A stretch of DNA of 64,000 nucleotides from Convolutriloba macropyga (Eukaryota). The first letter of the stretch is position 1. Each line of letters begins with the position of its first letter. Under the pieces are notes generated by a model, which saw only the letters and a list, made by a program, of their open reading frames with translations, ran no database searches and was not told the origin of the DNA. Both the position numbers and the translations under genes were made by a program. Below, piece after piece: positions 36,575 through 50,700 of this stretch. The stretch is from NCBI RefSeq assembly GCF_964194025.1, contig NC_134470.1:73594001-73658000 (forward strand), written 5' to 3'.

Positions 36575-38057
36575 GATATCTTGGCGAAATCATCCGCGTG
36601 TGTTTGTAATGAATTCATGTGAGCATGGCTGGCGCGCCCTCAGGCCAAAATAGAAATAAGGGAAAGGGAAAGAAACAAAGAAGGAAAGATGGAAAAGATG
36701 AGAGGGAAAAATAGAGAAAGCCCGAAATGAGAGAAAAGATTTTTCTATTCGCGCTCTACATTGTATTACATTTGGCTATCTTTCTTTCCATTCCTCTCTT
36801 TCTTTTTTTTCTTTTCCTTACGCTCCTACAGTTGCTCTGCGCGTAGTCATAATTTTTGCTTATTTTTGATTTATTCCCATTTATTCACATTTCATCCATT
36901 TCTTCCATCCACTCTTTTCCCTAAAATTCCCCCCATTTTATTTTGCCTACTCTTTTAACCCTTCCTTTTTTCCCAGTTCTATTCTACTCTTTTACTCTTG
37001 TTCTCTCTTTCATATGTGGCTATGTGGAATGAGCCAGAAGGCAGAAACCACATGTGGTCTCCAAACCAGTAGCCTCCTGCTTCACCTTGTAAAATAATAC
37101 AAAAAGTACATTTTATTACTGCCTTGATTAACATTTATAACTAGTGACGTGAACCCGCCACACATAACTCATGTCACCTCTCTCCCCCGCTTAACCCCTT
37201 GAGTATTTTGACTTAAGTTAAACAACCCTTCTTTTCTAAACCCTACCAAAAAGTAACCTGTTCGAAATCTTAAAGCCATTTATATTTTATATCTAAAATT
37301 TAACTTTAAATTTTTTATTTCGCTCTAGAAAATTCAACTCGAAGTAACGCTCGGTTTTTTGTTTTCTTTTCCGTCTAATTAGTCATAACTAAAAAGTGAG
37401 GCTTGCTTAACGTGAAAATCCATTTTTAATTTAGCCTAAGTCGGATCAAGTTTCTCAGGAAAGAAATATAATCTGATTTTATCCTGAAATTTCTCCGAAT
37501 CTTTTCCTCCTGGGCTATCTAATGAAGTAATTGTGAATATGTTAATGTGCATACCTGCACCCCCGAATAGTACCCAAGCTTCACCATTGCTCAGCCCCCT
37601 CCCCCCTCCCCGCACGTCATTTAACGTCAACTTTTCTTAATTTCCATATAATTCCCATGCACTGATTGGGCATAAATGCAAATTCTAATCTCAAATGCCC
37701 GTTGATTGACGCCTTAACACTGATAAGAAAACCCATCACACCATCAACAATTTTGGGTTTTTCAATTATTTTTAAAACCCCCATTTTCGCAGCTTTGCAT
37801 TTTTGCAAATTAAGCTGACATTTTAAACTCACAGCAGTTAGCTAACATTGTGCATCCCTAGCTGGTTGGTTTCGCAAAGTCTGAAATTTCTTTTCAGCAA
37901 AAGTTAGTGCTGGTTTGTCTGCAATTTTGCAGACTAATTAGAATCAAGTGGGCAGTTTCGACCTCACTTTTTGACATGCAAAAGACAAGTTAGCCCAATT
38001 TTTGAACTGAATTGGAACAAATTTTCTAATGCTGTATTCATTCTCGTCCGGCAAAAG

Positions 38058-38215
38058 GTAAGTTTTTGTTCATTTATCCCATAATTTTCTCCAATTTTTC
38101 CCACATGATGCCGTTCATGTTTCTAATCAACATCGTTGACTGTCCTCTGAATTATTTCACAGTTTGACATATTACTCATTTGTTCACAAGAGCGTTATTT
38201 TGTTTACTTTTGCAG
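38058..38215 (+). other. Putative 158-bp spliceosomal intron between non-coding exons
   Basis: AAG|GTAAGT donor at 38058; pyrimidine tract and TTTTGCAG| acceptor at 38215; possible next donor CAG|GTAACT at 38422. Confidence 0.5.
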
Positions 38216-41200
38216 GTGAACAAGTTTGAGTGTTGTTTGTTGTTTTGATTGCGTGTTTGTTCCACTTTGAATAATCTAGTTTAACCTTTCGAGTGTGCTC
38301 ATAGCTGTATGTCATTTTAACCGATACCTTCACAGAATAAGTTCTCTTAAACGAAGCGAACCTTTTCTACGCCTCATTCTTAAAGTCACCTTATAATCAT
38401 CTAACCCTTCTTCTATTTCAGGTAACTTATTTCTAACTTCCATTTAAGGGTGAAAATCTGTGATTAGCCATTTTTGATCATGACTCTCATCATTTAATGT
38501 GTAAACTCAAAGGACCTGAAACTTCGAACAGAGGAACAAATTCCATGAAGTTTTGCGGTTCAAATTAGCAGTTGTTCTTTAAAAGTCTAGAACTAACAAC
38601 TGTGTTGAATCAGATATTCGTACCCGAATTGCTCAGAACCGAACAATTGATCTCAGTTCGTTCAATTATAGTTGAACAATCATTTTTACTCAATTTGAAC
38701 TCATTTAACTAGCTGATTTCTTCTGGTGAAATAATGACGGTTCTGCGCGGTATTTGATAAATAATCCTAGCGTCTTGCAAGCTTCTGGAACTAAATCAGC
38801 AATCCAGTTTTAACGCGATGTTAAACTATTCCATGAATTTCATCAGTACCTTAGTAATAACTGTGCAATAACGGAGCTTATGATAACTTATGTATCTCTT
38901 TTAACATGTTCTATGAATAGCATAATAACAAAGTAATAACTTAGATTATAATAACTTGTGAACTGGTACTAATAAAGACAAGAGTCTCTCGCTTTTGCCG
39001 AGTGTCTTTAGCTGAAGACCATCACCACTAACATCGTCACTGATTCCACCTACTAAAATCTCTCTGTTAAATCAAGTGAAATAATAACATTTCACGTTTT
39101 GCATGAGAGTACAGGTGTGCGTGATGATGGGTATTTGAGTCTACTTGCTAAGGCACGCGGTGAATGCAAATGGCTCTTTTGTCACGACTAACCAACTAAA
39201 GTTTACACTAACTTTTCTTAACTATCAAAACAGAAGATACCAATCTAACTTGTTATAACATTTATGTGCTATTTGTAAATTAAACACCTTTAACTTTATC
39301 CCTATATAATTTCTCAAATTTTCGCCAAATTTTGAATGTCAATGCCATCGAAATGTCAACTCTAGACAAAACTTGAGTGAGCAATTTATTGACCAATGAG
39401 AACTTCAGAACTTATCTGAGCCGTAGACTTATGTGCATATCTTGAGTGTTATGTAATATAACATCAGGTATAGGTTAGAAAGGGAGCAAATTATCAACTA
39501 GGTACCAAAAGGGAGGCGATTGTTGAAATGATACCAAAAATTTTAAACTTGACGATGTACTGATAAAAAAGAAAACATGACTGTCAAGGAGTTGGTTATG
39601 GAAAAATTGGATTTATCTAGCTATTGCAATTAATATGCACTATTGTACGTTTTAGTAAAAAATAACTATTTTTGTTTCTTTAATTTTTAATCTTTTTTTC
39701 AGAAGGGCCAGCCTAGAAGGGTAAATATGTACTGCTGATCATTGGTTGACATATTTTTACTCCTGTGTTATTGATATCATTAATGTTAACTGAATTGATG
39801 CCAACTGGAATTCTTAATTTGATACCGAAACATCCATTGGCCGACTAAATTCCTAAGAGTGACGGTAAAAGTTACAAAACCTTTGCAATAGTTCACTAGG
39901 TAAACTTTTTTTAGTTCACGGAAGAAAGTCAACAAATGATCGACAATTTCACTCGCTAATAAAGTTGCTAAGTAAATGGCAGGTGAGTTATAACTCAAAC
40001 AAGAAGGCTTGCTTTACTTTCTTACCAAAAGTAAAGACGTTAAAATAAAACCGAAATATGAAAGGCACAAAGATGCCGCTTTCAATCGAAATTGACAAGG
40101 AAAACTTATGATAGTTTTGTTGACACTAAAATTTTAAAACAATTTTTGCACAAAAAGCGACTGAAACAGGAAGAAGCGAAAGGAAATTGTATGTTTACTT
40201 ACGTAAAAATAGCTAGAAATAACCAAAAGGCGCCGCTTAAAATCGATGTGTGAAAACAATCTGAAAAGAAGCCTAAGTTTTATATGCATGTCAAAGCTCT
40301 CGTTTAATGTTTCAGTATAAAACACTTACGTGATTCCTGGAAAACAAAAATGAACTAAAAAATTGAGCCTGTTTGAACTGCAAACCAGAAATGCAGCTAA
40401 GTGCTATGAAACAAGAAGTTCTGATGCTCAGAACAGAAAAACTTTCATTTATTTTAAAAAAAACTGAAAAAAAAGAATTATTCCAAAATAGTTGCAAAAA
40501 AGGCTTAATTTTCATTTATAGTGCGTAAAACTTTCTATTCTATATAAGAAAAACACATTTCGGGTAAATTTATTCCAAAAAATTAATTCTAAATGAAATA
40601 TATAAAACTCAAGAACCCTTTAAGTCTTTTTCATCAAAATCCTTGATTTTAAATCACAGAAAAAAATTAGCGAATGTCGTGAAAAACTGTAAATTTCAAT
40701 TAAATCTTTTGGAGCATGATGCGCAAACTTATACTTGCTGCATGATTTTTTGGAATATTGTTGCGGTGGCAAGAAGAAGTTTGTGATTTGAGATTGTGAA
40801 GAAAAACAGATGAGATATTTTGATAAAGATATAAAGTTACGCTAATTTTGAGTAAGCCTATTTGAATTGTTTGTAATATCTCTAAAAAAAAACTTTCTTT
40901 TTCGTTCTGACAAACAGTAAAAAATAACGTCAACGACTCTTTTGATGTAGCTCTCAGATCTGATCAATAAACTTTTATCAAATTTTAATCAAAGTTTGTT
41001 TAATTTTAGGAGTATAAGCAACAGAAAATGCAAGACGCAGAAAAAACTTCTGCCCAAGAAAATTTTTAAAAAATAAAAAAACCTTTTGTTTCTCGAAACA
41101 GAAACCATTTTTGTGCCAAAAGTTGTTCTTGCTGATTTAAAATTTATCAAACATTGCGGAAAAACAGCCAATTCAGCAAAAAAACAGTAGAGAATATCGG

Positions 41201-41328
41201 TGCTCTGCTCGAAGCAGTTTTGACTTGAAACCTTCTGGAGAATTTTGCTAAACGTCGCAACTAAATTTTTGAGACCTCCGAATTTGTGCATATAATGGGT
41301 ACTCAAACAAAATTCGCCGGTCTTCTCT

Positions 41329-44300
41329 GTTCGAATTATTTTCCGATCATAGTCAATAGTAAACAAACATTTCAAAGGGAAGGTCTACTTTTTTGACTTT
41401 TATTTTATCCAATTGAACAACTTTCTTAATTTGTCTTTTTTCACTTGCTTGTTTTTTTAATCTATGAAAACTCATCAACGCCTTTAACTCATTCAGCTGT
41501 TTTGAACAGAAAAATCTGTTTGTTTTTTGTTACTATCTTTCTAATCATTTCATCATCTAATCATTTGAAAAATTTTAACCCATTCTAAAAGAGTTCTGCT
41601 GAAAAACATTTTAACTCCGCTGTAAGTGATTCTCATTAACGAAAAGTGTCATGTGCTGTCTAAGTACATGTTAGAGTAGAGTTCTGAGAAGCCTAAGGCA
41701 ATTAGAGCTCCAAGCCGAGGGCGCGCGTCCCCGAGCATAAGCTCGAATTCTTCAAGGCTTCCCAGAACTATACTCTAGCGTATTTAGACCTCAATTTGGC
41801 TGTTAAAAACTCGAAGAAAGAATTCAATTAATTTTTATAGTAACATTGCAAATGTTGTGCAGCGAATTACTCCAACAATTGAACAATCGTTCTGCCCAAA
41901 TAATATTTTTTTTTTGAAATCCTTGATATTATTGTAGGAGTGAATGGATCGCAGAGGCCGTCAGCTGGCTCTGTTGTGTCACTCTGGTTGTCACTCTTTA
42001 TGTTTTTTAGAAAAATGAGCAATTAAAAAATAATAAATCTTTTTTTTGACACAACTATAGGCCTTAAAAAGTCCTCCATAAAAAATCCTCCGAAGTTGTT
42101 AAATTTTGTGACCGTTTCCGATGTTCAATTATCCGCTTTAGTTATCTTTGAAAACTGTATGCTTTGTCTCATGAGAAAAAATTGGGCTTACAGTAAAATT
42201 TTCCGAGAAACATGCCTTAAGGCTTCCAAAAAGTTTTCCAAGAAGTTTGCTTTATTGATTGCTCATTTTCTGCCATTTTGTAAGGATGAACTCTTCGAGA
42301 CAAGTGTGAAAGTGAGCAAAAACTGATTTAGTTCAAAGTCTAGTCTGATATGAAACGTGAAATCTTGAAAAAGGTGGGACGCTTGAAAAAGTTTCAAATC
42401 ATGACCTCTTGCTTGATCAACTGTCAAAATTAGTGATCGATCCTAACCTTATTGTTGGTTTTCCTTAACTGAGGTCTAATGATGCATTGTTTGGTTGATT
42501 AAAAGTCTCCGTACTTGATTTTGTTTCGAATGAACCTGATGCTTTTTTTACAATTGACATCTCAGAGTCTCAAAGTCTTAGCCATTTGGTTTTCGCTTAA
42601 AGTACCCGATTGTTTCAAGTGCTTTAAAAAATGTTAAATTTTTATTTTTAAACTATTTTGAGCATGGATGAAGACCCGACTTTTAAAATTTAACTGTACT
42701 TTTCGTTTCATTTATTGCATCTAGTTTTATGAGGTGCGTGTTTCCTAAAAAAGCTAATTTTGAGCAGTTTTTAACACGAACATAATTACTTAGTGGTCCG
42801 AATTCTTTTGAAACAACATTTTGTCTTGAAAGACAAAGTCCTTTTCTCTAAGCTGAATCTCATTTTCTGTCTTTTTTATAATTCTTACATGTATGGGTTT
42901 CTATGACTTCTTAGAATGATAAAAGCTTGTCCGTTCGAATTATTTTCCGATCATAGTCAATAGTAAACAAACATTTCAAAGGGAACGTCTAATTTTGTGA
43001 CTTTTATTTTATCCAACCGAACAACTTCCTTAATTTTTCTTTTTTCACTTGCTTGTTTTTTTAATCTATGAAAACTGATCAACGCCTTTAACTCATTCAG
43101 CTGTTTTGAACAGAAAACTCTGTTTCTTTTTTGTTTCTATCTTTCTAATCATTTCATCATCTAATCATTTAAAAAATTTTAACCCATTCTAAAAGACTTC
43201 TGCTAGAAAATATTTTAACTCCGCTGTAAATGATTCTCATTAACGAAAAGTGTCATGTGCTGTCTAAGTACATGTTAGAGTAGAGTTCTGAGAAGCCTGA
43301 GGCAATTAGAGCTCCAAGCCGAGGGCGCGCGTCCCCGAGCATAAGCTCGAATTCTTCAAGGCTTCCCAGAACTATACTCTAGCTTGTTTAGACCTCAATT
43401 TGGCTGTTAAAAACTCGAAGAGAGAATTCAATTAATTTTCATAGTAACATTGCAATTGTCGTGCAGCGAATTAATCCAACAATTGAATAATCGTTCTGCC
43501 CAAATAATATTTTTTTTTTGAAATCTTTGATATTTTTGTACGAGTGAATGGATCGCAGAGGCCGTCAGCTGGCTCTGTTGTGTCACTCTGGTTGTCACTC
43601 TTTATGGTGTTTAGAAAAATGAGCAATTTAAAAAAAATAAATCTTTTTTTTGACACAACTATAGGCCTTAAACAGTCCTCCATAAAAAATCCTCCGAAGT
43701 TGTTAAATTTTGTGACCGCTTCCGATGTTCAATTATCCGCTTTATCTATCTTTGAAAAGTGTATGCTTTGTCTCATGAGAAAAAATTGGGCTTACAGTAA
43801 TATTTTCCAAGAAACATGCCTTAAGGCTTCCAAAAAGTTTTCCAAGAAGTTTGCTTAGTTGATTGCTCATTTTATGCCATTTTGTAAGGATGAACTCTTC
43901 GAGACAAGTGTGAAAGTGAGCAAAAATTGATTTAGTTCAAAGTCTAGTGTGATATGAAACGTGATATCTTGAAAAAGGTGGGACGCTTGAAAAAGTTTCA
44001 AATCATGACCTCTTGCTTGATCAACTGTCAAAATTAGTGATCGATCCTAACCTTATTGTTGGTTTTCCTTAACTGAGGTCTAATGATGCATTGTTTGGTT
44101 GATTAAAAGTCTCCGTACTTGATTTTGTTTCGAATGAACCTGATGCCTTTTTTACAATTGACATCTCAGAGTCTCAAAGTCTTAGCCATTTGGGTTTCGC
44201 TTAAAGTACCCAATTGTTTCAAGTGCTTTAAAGAATGTTAAATTTTTATTTTTAAACTATTTTGAGCATGGTTGAAGACCCGACTTTTAAAATTTAACTG

Positions 44301-46138
44301 TACTTTTCGTTTCATTTATTGCATCTAGTTTTATGAGGTGCGTGTTTCCTAAAAAAGCTAATTTTGAGCAGTTTTTAACACGAACATAATTACTTAGTGG
44401 TCCGAATTCTTTTGAAACAACATTTTGTCTTGAAAGACAAAGTCCTTTTCTCTAAGCTGAATCTCATTTTCTGTCTTTTTTATAATTCTTACATGTATGG
44501 GTTTCTATGACTTCTTAGAATGATAAAAGCTTGTCCGTTCGAATTATTTTCCGATCATAGTCAATAGTAAACAAACATTTCAAAGGGAACGTCTAATTTT
44601 GTGACTTTTATTTTATCCAACCGAACAACTTCCTTATTTTTTCTTTTTTCACTTGCTTGTTTTTTTAATCTATGAAAACTGATCAACGCCTTTAACTCAT
44701 TCAGCTGTTTTGAACAGAAAACTCTGTTTCTTTTTTGTTTCTATCTTTCTAATCATTTCATCATCTAATCATTAAAAAATATTAACCCGTTCTAAAAGAC
44801 TTCTGCTAGAAAATATTTTAACTCCGCTGTAAATGATTCTCATTAACGAAAAGTGTCATGTGCTGTCTAAGTACATGTTAGAGTAGAGTTCTGAGAAGCC
44901 TAAGGCAATTAGAGCTCCAAGCCGAGGGCGCGCGTCCCCGAGCATAAGCTCGAATTCTTCAAGGCTTCCCAGAACTATACTCTAGCTTATTTAGACCTCA
45001 ATTTCGCTGTTAAAAACTCGAAGAAAGAATTCAATTAATTTTTATAGTAACATTGCAATTGTCGTGCAGCGAATCAATCCAACAATTGAATAGTCGTTCT
45101 ACCCAAATAATATTTTTTTGAAATCCTTGATATTATTGTTGGAGTGAATGAATCGCAGAGGCCATCAGCTGGCTCTTTTGTGTCACTCTCGTTGTCACTC
45201 TCTATGGTTTTTAGAAAAATGAGCAAATTATAAAAAATAAATCTTTATTTTGACACAATTATAGGCCTTAAAAAATCCTCCAAAAAAATCCTCCGAAGTT
45301 ATTAAAATTTGTTACTGTTTCTTATTTTCAATTATCCGCTTTAGTTATCTTTGAAAAGTGTATGCTTTGTCTCATGAGAAAAAATTGGGCTTCCAGTGAA
45401 ATTTTCCAAGAAACATGCCTTAAGGCTTCCAAAAATTTTTTCCAGGAAGTTTGCTTAGTGGATTGCTCATTTTATGCCATTTTGTAAGGATGAACTCTTC
45501 GAGACAAGTGTGAAAGTGAGCAAAAACTGATTTAGTTCAAAGTCTAGTGTGATATGAAACGTGAAATCTAGAAAAAGGTGGGACGCTTGAAAAAGTATGA
45601 AATCATGAATTCCAGCTTGATCAACTGTCAAAATTAGTGATCCAGCCTAACTTTATTGTTGATTTTCCTTAACTGAGGTCTAATGATGCATTGTTTGGTT
45701 GATTAAAAGTCTCCGAACTCGATTTTGTTTCGAATGAACATGATACTTTTTTTACAAATGACATCTCAGAGTCTCAAAGTATTAGCCATTTGGGTTTGGC
45801 TTAAACTACCCTATGATTTCAAAAGCTTTAAAAATTGTTTAATTTTTATTTTTAAACTATTTTGAGCATGGAAAAAGACCCGACTATTAAAATTTAACTG
45901 TACTTTTTGTTTCATTTATTGCATCTAGTTTTAGGAGGAGTGTGTTTCCTAGGAAAACTAATTTTGAGCAGTTTTTAACACGTACGTAATTACTTAGTGG
46001 TCCGATTTCTTTTGAAACATTAGTTTGTCTTGAAATACAAAGTCATTGTCTCTAAGTTGAATCTAGTTTTCTGTCTTTTTTATAATTCTTACGAGTATGG
46101 GTTTCTATGCCTTCTTAGAATGCGAAAAGCTTGTCTGT
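41329..46138 (+). repeat. Tandem array R3: three copies of a 1604-bp unit
   Basis: gttcgaattattttccgatcatag occurs at 41329, 42933 and 44537; homology ends at ~46138. Confidence 0.97.
41672..41777. repeat. ~106-bp imperfect palindrome (MITE-like hairpin); copies at 43276-43381 and 44879-44984
   Basis: Arms tagagtagagttctgagaagcct / aggcttcccagaactatactcta pair at 21/23; GC-rich self-complementary centre gggcgcgcgtccc. Confidence 0.85.
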
Positions 46139-47772
46139 ATCAAGGCTGATATTCTTGTCAGAAATTTGATCACTTCTTTTGTTAGTAAATGAGACTTTTT
46201 TCCTACTGTTATGGAAACGAGAACATTGTTCATTTTGAAATCTCTGAAAAAGTTTTCTGCTACAATGACATAATGCAGTTAACAAGAAACCAAAAAAAAA
46301 TGTGAAATACCTTCAATAATTATTTTTTCTGTACATTTTCCCGCCAAATTGCAAGTTGATTCTTGAAAATTTTCCAAACCCAATAGTCGGCAGTAAAAAT
46401 TTTCTCTTCCCAATTAATAATATTTTTCAAACACACTTCCTCTTTCAATATTTTGACAATTGAATTTATATTGTGACAAATGTATCAAATCGTTGACAAT
46501 TTTGACAATATTATAAAGTTTACGCCCAAGATAATAATCAAGTCCATTTCTCTCAAATAAGTATCTAACTGACTATGGCAACTAATTACATTTAATTTTT
46601 TTTCAGAAATTTCAAAAAATTTTGAGAAAGCAGAAAACATAACAAAAACAAAATCAGCGTTGGTCTAGCCAAGCCAATTACTAACAATAAAAAACAAAAA
46701 GATAACGAAAAACCAATTTTTACGGTTTTTTCAATTCCATTGGAATTTGTTTTGAATGCCCGGAGAAAATGTATTAAAAAACTAAACAAAAAGCTTTCAA
46801 AAATATCACTTTAGTAAAAAACTATCTTTTTGAAAAATTAAATGAAAAAAAAATGGGTCGTTCCCATTATAACTGCTCATCCTAGCTTTGTGGTGACATA
46901 ACGTATAGAAAACCAGAAAATTTTTGAAAAAATAAAACTTTAATGATTATTTGCTACATAATTATATATTATTAGTTTTTTTCCGAAAAGTAAAATATTT
47001 TTGCAGATAAAAACTTAAAATAAATATGAGTTCCATATGTGTTTTTCATTAAGCTGCTCTTCGCTGAAGCCTATGCAAAAAGCAAAAGGAACGTAGTTTT
47101 TTTTACAATTAAAAGAATTTGAATTGTATTGGTGTGCTGTCTTTTACGACTTGAAGAGAAGTATTGGTGGAGCGTTTTTTAAATAATTTTTTGGAGTGTA
47201 ATCAAAACAAGATGTTAAAGTCATTGCCGCACTTGACAACTAGGAGTTAAAGACCAACAGTTGAACAACGGTTCTTCTGAACACATTTAACAAGTCACTT
47301 TAGAAATTTTTATTAAAACTTTTTGGCCATCTCAATCATATATTAGAGTTTTGTCTGCAACCTTGAACTACTTTTGTTGTTTCACCGTTTTAGACGATTT
47401 TTAGCGGTTTTTGTCTGTTTCTTTGCTCTATCTCATTTTTCAGTAATTTGGTTAATTTTTTTCTTTCAAATTAATTTTGGGGGTTTTGAATGCCTTTATT
47501 TTTGTTATTTTCATTTGGAGATTGTTTTAATTGCCGAAAATAGTCTGAACTAAAAAAAAAATTCCCTTATTTTTCTGGTTTTTTTGTAATTTTTCCTAAT
47601 GTGTTCTACACTTCTTATAGTTGTTTAATTGTTTTATTTGGGGTCTTGGAAAGGTGATAAAAACTATGTGTAATTAAAGTTTTGATAACATATTTTTAAC
47701 TAATGATCGACTCTGGAATTTTTGGTGTTTCTTTTTAATGCACATGTTTTATCTGTTCTCCACAAAATATGA

Positions 47773-50700
47773 GTGTCGTGTGGTAACTCCTCGTATCGAT
47801 TTCGAACGTTCCGTAATTGTGTTGAGAACAGTTGTTAAAACTGCTTTTTTTTTCAGAGTTATTTAATCATTTTTGAGGTTTATCTGGATTTCGTCCTTTA
47901 TTATTTCTCCTGATCCTTTTTTCTACTATTCCGATATTTGGCATTGGTTATTTTTCCCCATCTTTTATTGAAAGCGACAACATATTTAACAAAATTTTGA
48001 TCTTCATTGCTTTCCAAGAAATTTAACAAAATAAAAAGGCTTTTCCAACGAGTTTCCAAGAAAACATTTTCATAATTTGCTTTTTCCCTGACATTGTGTT
48101 TCCTGTTTTGTTGTTTCAGTTTAAAAGCTGTAAACAAGTTAGTAGTTTCAAAATTTAAGCTTTTTCGGTCAAGGTAAATTCAACTTTACATCGAGTCAAT
48201 TGAAGAATTTTTTTGGTATGTTTCTTTAAGACCTGTCCAGACTTTTTTGATCTTTCCTTGTCAATGCTAATTCAACTTTGAACAGTGGTTTTAGTCACGC
48301 TGGAATAGTAAGACGAGCAAAAAACATGTAGTGATAGGGCGTAAAATTGTTTCAATTTGCGTTTAAGTCAATTGAAAAAGTGTGTGTAGGCAGATTTTTG
48401 GTTTTTGAGTGCGAGTTTTTTTAAACGAGTGGCAATTTGATTTTTTTTCGCTGTTTTCTCTTCATTCTCTACAAGCGAACATTTGAAAGGTGATACGTAT
48501 TCTTTAAAAAGCATAGTTGCTTTTGTTTAAAGCCCACAAAAGAACTAATGGTTTTCAAGTCGCAGACGCTATTTGTCTTCAAAAAAATTTTTTTTAGATT
48601 TTACCAAGTTTTTGTAGTTTTTTGTTATTAACTCTCTTTAAGGGGGGTTTCAATGGCACCTGTTCAGTTAACTTCATTTTAACTTACTGATTTGAGCTTT
48701 AATTGAATTGATTTAAAAAAATTGGTTCTTCTTGTTTTCAAATAATTTTAACAATATATTGGTGTTCCTGTTTTATCGTTCTTACTTACCGTTCTATAAC
48801 TCGGACCCTTTATAGACAGCTTTAAGTAGCTTCGTTATGGGTTACGCTTTGAATCTTTTGACAGATTGTGAGTCATATCTATGAAACTGATTACGGTTCT
48901 AATCAAGCGAAAGATAGTGTTTCATATCAATTTGCTTTTTTTATTTTGTCGTTTCTTTCGTTTTTTAGTTTTTCTTTCATCTCTTCTCATTAATGATAGA
49001 CCCAAGTGGCATTTCTTGAAGTAGTTTTTGAAGTAATTGATTTTTATGTTCGAAACTCAAGGGTTTTAACGAATTTGTAAATGTGTTAACACTTGGTTTT
49101 TACACCAGTTTTGTTCCATATTTTTTCGAGCTTTTGATTGTTGTTTGCATTTGTGGCTACTTTGATAGGTGGCCCCCAGTTGTCATTTATTGTTTTAATT
49201 TAACTTGATATTTGTTTCCTATCTATAAATAACTTGAAAAATGAAGAGCTCAGGTTTTCTTGCCATATTTTAATGATTTCGATGCCACTTATTTGTAGTG
49301 AAATCAATCGTAAAAACAGTATTTAACCAAATGTTTGTTGTCAATTTACTTCGTCTCTCAGTGTTTTTCTTTAATGTTAGCGTTTGGATTCTCAGCTACC
49401 ACTGCATAAAGGTTTTTCGAAGCTGACATTTTTTGACCAAATACCCTTGATAACCCTACTTCTCTAAAATTGAAGGAAAATAAATTATTTTATAGATTTT
49501 TGTAGTATTCAGTTTACTTTCGTGGCCGCCGTGTTTCTATTTCACGCACCTGTTTCACCTGTTCTCGAGAGCCTGTAGGTGTTGTGTGGTGACTCTAAGT
49601 ATCGACTGTTAACATAACGTAAATTGTGTTGAGAACAGTTTTGAAAATTCAATTTTCAGAGATTTTGAATAATTTTTAGTGTTTTCTGGATTTCGTCCTT
49701 TAATTCACTACTTTTGATCCGTTTTTCTCTTATTTCGAGATTTGCTGTTAGTTATTTTTCCTGTCTCTTGTTGTACATGACATCATATTTTACAAAATTG
49801 TATCTACATTGCTTTCCAAGAAAGTTTACAAGAAAATGCTTTTCTAACAAATTTTCCAAAAAAAACATATATTCAAAATTTGCCTTTTCCCTAATAATTT
49901 GTTTTCTGCGTTTGTTGTTACAATTTTAATGGTTTAGGCAAGCTAGTAGTTTCAAAGTTTAAGCTTGCTAAGGTAAGTTAAATTTTACATCGAGTCAATT
50001 GCAGAGTCTTTTGGCTATGTTTTTTTAAGATCTGTCCACACTTTTTTGATCGTTTCTTGTTAATGCGAATTCAAATTTGAACAGCGATTTGAATCACGCT
50101 GGAAAATTAAGACGTGCGAAGAGCATGTCGTTATAGAGCGTGACATTTTTTCAAACTAAGTTAATGTCAATTGAGAAGGAGGTGTCTAAGCAGATTTCTG
50201 GTTGAGTGCGAACTTTTCTTATACGTTCGGCAATTTGATTACACATTTCACTGTTTTCTCTTCATTCTAACTGCTAATACAATTGAAAAGTGATACGTGT
50301 ACTTTAAAAAAGAGCAGTTGCTTTTGCCTAAACCCAATAAAAGAAATATGGGTTTTCAAGTCTTAGACGCTATTAGTCTTTAAAAATTGATTTTTCAGAA
50401 TTTGATGGTTTTTGTAGTTTTTCTGTTAGTAACTCTCATTAATGGGGGATTTCAATGGCTCATTGATGTGATTACTTCATTTCATTTATTATTCGAATTG
50501 TAATTGAGCCGTTTCAACAAAGTTGGTTCTACTTGTTTTCAAATAAATTTAACAAGATATTGGTGTTCCTGTTTTATCGTTCTTACTTACCGTTCTATAA
50601 CTCGGACACTTCATGAACCGCTTTAAGTAGCTTCGTTATGAGTCACACTTTATTGCATTATTGTGAATCATATCTGTGAAACTGATTATTGTTCTAATCA

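Noticed and set aside
38029-38220. Coding mini-exon MLYSFSSGK spliced to 38216
   Set aside because: Splicing gives an immediate TGA; at most a uORF unless another acceptor is used.
42096-43858. ORFs within R3 units
   Set aside because: Frames are not preserved among the three copies and no domain is recognisable.
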